Shown piece after piece: positions 27,911-32,000 of a stretch of 32,000 bases of DNA. The stretch covers positions 150,001-182,000 of the forward strand of contig CP126532.1 of assembly GCA_030167145.1 (NCBI GenBank). Reading direction: 5' to 3'. The DNA is from Ktedonobacterales bacterium. GTDB lineage: Bacteria > Chloroflexota > Ktedonobacteria > Ktedonobacterales > JADMIN01. How positions within the stretch are numbered: the first letter of the stretch is position 1; each line of letters starts with the position of its first letter. The notes below the pieces were generated by a model. The model was given only the letters and a program-made list of their open reading frames with translations. It ran no database searches and was not told the origin of the DNA. A program made the translations under genes and the position numbers.

Positions 27911-29893
27911 TTAGAGGCGTACGAGCCGGTACCCTACACCCGGCGCCGTCAAAATATATCGTGGAGCACTTGGATCAGGCTCGATCTTTCGCCGCAGGCG
28001 CCGTATATACACCCAAACAAACTCGATCTCCTCACGATAAGCTGGACCCCACACCCGTTCGAGCAGCGTCTCGTGCGAAAGCACCATCCCCGCATGACGC
28101 GCGAGTTCCCGAAGCACTTTGAACTCAGTTTTGCTGAGCGACACGCTTCCCCCATGCACAGCAACAGTGCGTTGCGCAAAATCAATCACTAGATCGCCGC
28201 TTTGGAACACCGGCTCTATCACCGTATGTTGATGCGACGCTTGAGTACGCACAGCCGCGCGCACGCGCGCGAGCAACTCATCCAGATGAAACGGTTTGGC
28301 GATATAGTCCGCCGCACCTGAATCAAGCAAAGACACACACTCCTCGGCATCATAGTGACGTGTCAGCACAACAATCGGGGACTCGGTATATGCCCGAAAC
28401 CTGCCTACCAATTCAGCGCTACTCATCCCAAACGACCCAGCATCGAGCAGCACCACATCAGGCTCCTCCACATCAATCAGATGGAAAGCCTCATCCGGGT
28501 CCCCCGCCACAAACGGACGATATTGGTGTGCGTCGAGATTGGCTCTCAGATAGCGAACCATACGTGGATCACTATCCAGCACCAGCGCGACTGGTCGCTC
28601 GCGCACGGAGACTGGTCGCGCTGGTATCACCGCCCCATCGCCTTTCATCGTCGAAGTCGAGTCCGGCATCACCGCCCCAACCGACACAACGTTTGGCACG
28701 AGCGGCCACGCGGCGAAGAGCACCATACCTGGCCCACTTGGCGGTATTTCCGCCCAGACACGTCCACCATGACGATCAACGATTTCCCTGGCTAGTGCCA
28801 GCCCCAGACCACCCACAGACCCACCACCTCCGGTTTGCGGCGTGTAGAACAGTTCAAAAATCGCGTCCAAGTCACTTGCTTGCGCCGCACGCCCAAACTG
28901 CCGCACACTGACCACTACATCATCACTGCGCGGACGGACATCCACCCGCACGGTACCTCCTTCGGGTGACAGCCATACCGCCGCCTCAAGCAACAAATTC
29001 AGACATTGCTGCACACGTTTCATATCCGCCATAATTGACGGCACCTCGCCCGGCAGTGCCAGCTCAAACGAATGCTCAGCCGCGCGCGTCTTCCAATCCG
29101 CAAGCAGCGCCATGAGCAAATCCCCTGGCTCCACCGGTTCGATGTGTAATGCAGCGCCATCCCTTCGCAATGCATCCAGCTCTGCCACAACCGCGATGGC
29201 CGTTCGCAGATCATGGACAGCTCCAGCAATCGCACGTAGTGCGGTCCCCTGCTTCCCGCTGTCCAGCTTCCGCCACCGACCCAACAGATCCTTCACCGAC
29301 GCCTCGATCAATTCTGCCTGCCGTTGAAGATGTCCGCTCCCAGACCTCACAAATGCGTGATCTGTCTCATCTGCATCGCGCTGCGCTTCGCTCTGCTCAA
29401 TCAGCAGCGCATACTGCATCCTTTCGTCTGCTTCCTCGCGCCTATCGCCTAGCGTGAAAACCCACACGCGCAGCGCAGACCCAACGCCCTGCGCAGCCAC
29501 CAGTTGCGCCTCAGCGCACCCCTGCGCTTTCCCCGTCCCCACCATTCGCATTAAGGACTCCGCAGCTTCGTCGCCATCCTGCGCCAAAAAAGCAAGCGAC
29601 CGCACAACATCCTGCACGGATTTATGTGTCGAGTCCGCCACAGCCCCCATATCCAGCAGGCGCACGGCAGCGCGCGAGAGAAATCCTACCCTATCGGTCC
29701 CATCTGCCAGCACCAACGCCAGGCCCAATTTTTCGGCCATCTCCTGAAGCGATGTATGTTCAGCAGGCCAGTCAGATCCCTGACTCCTCCGCAGAGCGCT
29801 CCCCTTTCGTACGGATGTTGCGGACTGGCTCTGGCGTGTCTGCGTTGTCGTGCTGCTTAGTTCAGCGGCAGCACCTGGATGTGGTTGTTTCAC
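27911..29893 (-). CDS. Single-polypeptide two-component protein: PAS-like N-region + HisKA + degenerate HATPase_c + REC + OmpR-type winged helix
   Basis: 660 aa with no TM segment. H-box AVHDLRTAI (His227, codon 29215-29213). G2 box GGLGLALAREIVDRHGG. REC features LVLDSD, VVLLD (Asp484), VVLT and KPF. The C-terminal wHTH ends YILTAPGVGYRLVRL. The GTG start at 29893 has only a weak RBS, so the start is uncertain. Confidence 0.85.
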   Translation of the reverse strand: MKQPHPGAAAELSSTTTQTRQSQSATSVRKGSALRRSQGSDWPAEHTSLQEMAEKLGLALVLADGTDRVGFLSRAAVRLLDMGAVADSTHKSVQDVVRSLAFLAQDGDEAAESLMRMVGTGKAQGCAEAQLVAAQGVGSALRVWVFTLGDRREEADERMQYALLIEQSEAQRDADETDHAFVRSGSGHLQRQAELIEASVKDLLGRWRKLDSGKQGTALRAIAGAVHDLRTAIAVVAELDALRRDGAALHIEPVEPGDLLMALLADWKTRAAEHSFELALPGEVPSIMADMKRVQQCLNLLLEAAVWLSPEGGTVRVDVRPRSDDVVVSVRQFGRAAQASDLDAIFELFYTPQTGGGGSVGGLGLALAREIVDRHGGRVWAEIPPSGPGMVLFAAWPLVPNVVSVGAVMPDSTSTMKGDGAVIPARPVSVRERPVALVLDSDPRMVRYLRANLDAHQYRPFVAGDPDEAFHLIDVEEPDVVLLDAGSFGMSSAELVGRFRAYTESPIVVLTRHYDAEECVSLLDSGAADYIAKPFHLDELLARVRAAVRTQASHQHTVIEPVFQSGDLVIDFAQRTVAVHGGSVSLSKTEFKVLRELARHAGMVLSHETLLERVWGPAYREEIEFVWVYIRRLRRKIEPDPSAPRYILTAPGVGYRLVRL

Positions 29894-30039
29894 GAGGATG
29901 ATGCGCCTTACGAAATCCTGAACATGGGGTGGAGACTCTAGTATTACATGATACTATAGCGCGGTAGGAAGCCCCTAACAATAAGCCAACACCATCCACC
30001 TGCGGCCAGATTTCGTTCAGGTGATTGTTAGGATATTTG

Positions 30040-30080
30040 GGGCGTCTGCAAGGCGCATGTTCAGGCGTCTGCGTTACAAT
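30040..30080 (+). promoter_or_regulatory. Direct-repeat array overlapping a candidate ctaB promoter
   Basis: GGCGTCTGC occurs twice (30041-30049 and 30064-30072). (G/A)GGCG starts at 30040, 30051 and 30063, an 11-12 bp period. A -10-like TACAAT is at 30075-30080. Confidence 0.3.
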
Positions 30081-30132
30081 CGAGCATGCACGCCCATCCA
30101 TCCACCACACCACGGAAGGGACCTCTAGAGTA

Positions 30133-31029
30133 ATGCAACCCGCTACGGTTGCGAGCGCGCCCAGCATACGCACTGCGTTCGCAGCCTATATTAATCTCAT
30201 GAAGCCACACGTCACCGTGTTGCTTTTGGGCACAACTCTCGCAGCAATGGTCGTCGCCGCTGGCGGTTTTCCTGCTGCTGGCATCATCCTCGCCACTCTC
30301 CTCGGCGGCGCCATGGCGGCTGGTAGCGCGAACGCCATTAACTGCTACTGGGATCGCGACATAGACCAGATCATGAGTCGCACCAAAACACGTGCTTTGC
30401 CAGCCGGACGTGTCCCACCCACCCGCGCGCTCATCTTCGGCATCATCCTCGCCGTCGGTTCTTTTACTGTTCTCGCTGGTTTCGTCAATCTCCTGAGCGC
30501 ACTGCTCGCAGTCTCCGCCATCCTCTTCTATGTGCTCATCTATACCATGTGGCTCAAGCGCACCACCCCGCAAAACATCGTCATCGGCGGGGCTGCGGGC
30601 GCGGTGCCGGTCCTGGTTGGGTGGGCCGCCGTCACTGGCTCCATCAACCTGACGGCAATCTGGATGTTCCTTGTTATTTTCCTGTGGACCCCACCACACT
30701 TCTGGGCGCTCTCGCTGCTCCTTAAACAAGACTACGCACGCGCCGAAGTGCCGATGATGCCAGTCGTCATGGGCGAGCGTGAAACCCACAAACAAATCAT
30801 CCTCTACACGCTCCTGCTCCTCGCCGCAACACTCGTGCTCTTCGCTACCCATGCGATGGGCTTCCTCTATCTTGCGTCCGCCGTTCTCCTTGGCTCTGGG
30901 CTGCTGGTGCTGGCAATCAGGACGGCCTACCAGAAAACCCTCAAGAGCGCGCGGACACTCTTTTGGTTCTCGAACTACTACCTCGCCTTGATCTTCGCGG
31001 CGATGGTCGTAGATCGTGTTCTTCGGTAA
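30133..31029 (+). CDS. ctaB: Protoheme IX farnesyltransferase (heme O synthase)
   Basis: ORF 30025..31029. I prefer ATG 30133 (298 aa). UbiA-family motif NCYWDRDIDQIMSRTKTRALPAG, the YINLMKP N-terminus, and multiple TM segments. Confidence 0.9.
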   Translation: MQPATVASAPSIRTAFAAYINLMKPHVTVLLLGTTLAAMVVAAGGFPAAGIILATLLGGAMAAGSANAINCYWDRDIDQIMSRTKTRALPAGRVPPTRALIFGIILAVGSFTVLAGFVNLLSALLAVSAILFYVLIYTMWLKRTTPQNIVIGGAAGAVPVLVGWAAVTGSINLTAIWMFLVIFLWTPPHFWALSLLLKQDYARAEVPMMPVVMGERETHKQIILYTLLLLAATLVLFATHAMGFLYLASAVLLGSGLLVLAIRTAYQKTLKSARTLFWFSNYYLALIFAAMVVDRVLR

Positions 31030-31054
31030 AGGCTCGCCCGTGGGAAACTCAGCG

Positions 31055-31681
31055 ATGCGGTTGCGCTTATTGTCACGCATCACGGTGATTAGCCTTGTGG
31101 TGATTGTCGCCGCCATCATGATCATCCATAGCGCAACCACCTCGGCCAGCAAACCTGCGCCAAAGCTCGATGGCATTGACCTCGGCTCGGCGCCCGCCCC
31201 TGCATTTTCACTAGTGGATCAATCTGGCGCAACCATCTCGCTTGACCAGCTCCAAGGGCATCCGGTTGTGGTGACATTCCTCTACACCCATTGCCCAGAC
31301 GCCTGCCCGCTCACCGCGGAGAAACTTCACGCGGCCGCTCAATCGCTTGGTCCGAAGGCTAGCAAGGTCTCTTGGGTGATAATTAGCATTGACCCTGTCG
31401 GTGACACCCCAACAGCCGCCAGTCAGTTTCTTGCGGCCCATCATCTGGATGGCGAGGCACACTATCTGCTGGGAACCCAGGCACAGCTTCAACCCATTTG
31501 GGACGCCTATCACATCGCCGTCTCACCAAACAGCGACGATGGCCAGGCTCAGGTCAGTGGGATCTCGCATAGCGTTGGTGTCTACATTCTCGATGCCCAG
31601 GGGCGCGAACGCATCTTTCTCGATGCCGAATTTGCCCCCTCGACGCTCGCTTCCGATCTCCGTGCGCTCACCACCTCGTGA
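31055..31681 (+). CDS. SCO1/SenC-family copper chaperone (thioredoxin fold)
   Basis: ORF 31016..31681, with ATG 31055 or GTG 31016 as start. One TM anchor, the CxxxC motif YTHCPDACP, and a downstream His (GISHSVG). Confidence 0.85.
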   Translation: MRLRLLSRITVISLVVIVAAIMIIHSATTSASKPAPKLDGIDLGSAPAPAFSLVDQSGATISLDQLQGHPVVVTFLYTHCPDACPLTAEKLHAAAQSLGPKASKVSWVIISIDPVGDTPTAASQFLAAHHLDGEAHYLLGTQAQLQPIWDAYHIAVSPNSDDGQAQVSGISHSVGVYILDAQGRERIFLDAEFAPSTLASDLRALTTS

Positions 31682-31870
31682 CGCACGTTTAGGCAATTGT
31701 CAGGATTGGAGGGCAAACTGCAAGGGTCAGCGTAAGGCAAATGCGCTACACTGGCCCTTACGGCTAGGCAAGCTCGCCAATCAGCGGTATCATAGGTTTT
31801 GTTGTTTTTCAAAACACGCCGATGGCGGCGCTACTCATGCGTCGCCCTACTGGAGTCGAGGATTTGTAGC

Positions 31871-32000
31871 ATGCGGTTAGGTTCAAAGACCAGACGGTGG
31901 GCCGGCTTCGGCCTCCTCGCATTAATCGCGACAGTCGGATTGAGCGCCTGCGCCGACAACGGCGCCAACTTCCTACAACCGGCTGGTCCGATTGCCGACA
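31871..32000 (+). CDS. Partial CDS: heme-copper oxidase subunit II-like lipoprotein (N-terminus only)
   Basis: Manual translation from ATG 31871 (GAGGA 9 nt upstream) gives MRLGSKTRRWAGFGLLALIATVGLSACADNGANFLQPAGPIAD..., with lipobox LSAC followed by a CyoA/CoxB-like L-x-P-x-G-P-I-A segment. It runs off the window, so the call rests on 43 aa plus the ctaB-sco1 context. Confidence 0.55.
   Translation, partial: MRLGSKTRRWAGFGLLALIATVGLSACADNGANFLQPAGPIAD

Noticed and set aside
30061-31176. 371-aa ORF antisense to ctaB/sco1. Similar long antisense ORFs lie at 15984..16784 (opposite pstS), 11601..12311 (opposite metY), 14018..14578 (opposite the PhoR-like kinase) and 6529..7101.
   Set aside because: They lie opposite genes with clear family motifs. 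They are Arg/Ala/Gly/Pro-rich with no motifs, as expected for stop-poor antisense frames in high-GC DNA.
31682-31870. Possible small RNA, tRNA or terminator in the sco1-oxidase intergenic region (7-bp stem CGTAAGG/CCTTACG, T-rich run GGTTTTGTTGTTTTTC)
   Set aside because: There is no cloverleaf and the stem is not adjacent to the T-run. No recognisable RNA family motif is present, so evidence is insufficient.

Overview
This is a high-GC (roughly 58-60% by eye) bacterial chromosomal window of core metabolism. I saw no transposase or integrase, CRISPR array, rRNA or tRNA gene, or recognisable defence gene.

Gene order:
- partial spermidine-synthase-like membrane protein (-), SDR (-), SGNH hydrolase (-)
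- glmS preceded by a glmS ribozyme
- a co-directional cluster of TetR, a fold-type-III PLP enzyme, a gulonolactone-oxidase-family flavoenzyme and an APC permease
- metX-metY (possibly plus aspartate kinase), preceded by a SAM-I riboswitch and a Met (AUG) T-box leader in series
- a full Pho cluster: a PhoR-like kinase divergent from pstS-pstC-pstA-pstB-pstB-phoU-response regulator, with TTAACA Pho boxes
- a cobalamin-riboswitch-controlled BtuFCD-type importer (-), whose ATPase carries an unassigned C-terminal domain of about 180 aa
- a copper/respiration neighbourhood: a hypothetical protein, two paralogous amicyanin-like cupredoxin lipoproteins and a soluble kinase+receiver+OmpR-wHTH single polypeptide (all -), divergent from ctaB-sco1-(oxidase subunit II, partial)

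Four cis-regulatory RNA classes (glmS ribozyme, SAM-I, T-box, cobalamin) lie within about 24 kb.

I did not find convincing evidence for a wholly new multi-gene system. The most unusual items are the tandem SAM-I/T-box leader, the extended BtuD-type ATPase, the fused kinase-regulator with degenerate ATP-binding motifs, and the unassigned PLP/flavoenzyme cluster.

All family calls rest on motifs read from the translations, because no database search was possible. The combination of T-box, glmS ribozyme, lipoproteins and GC content suggests a Chloroflexota or other Gram-positive-like lineage, which is speculation.
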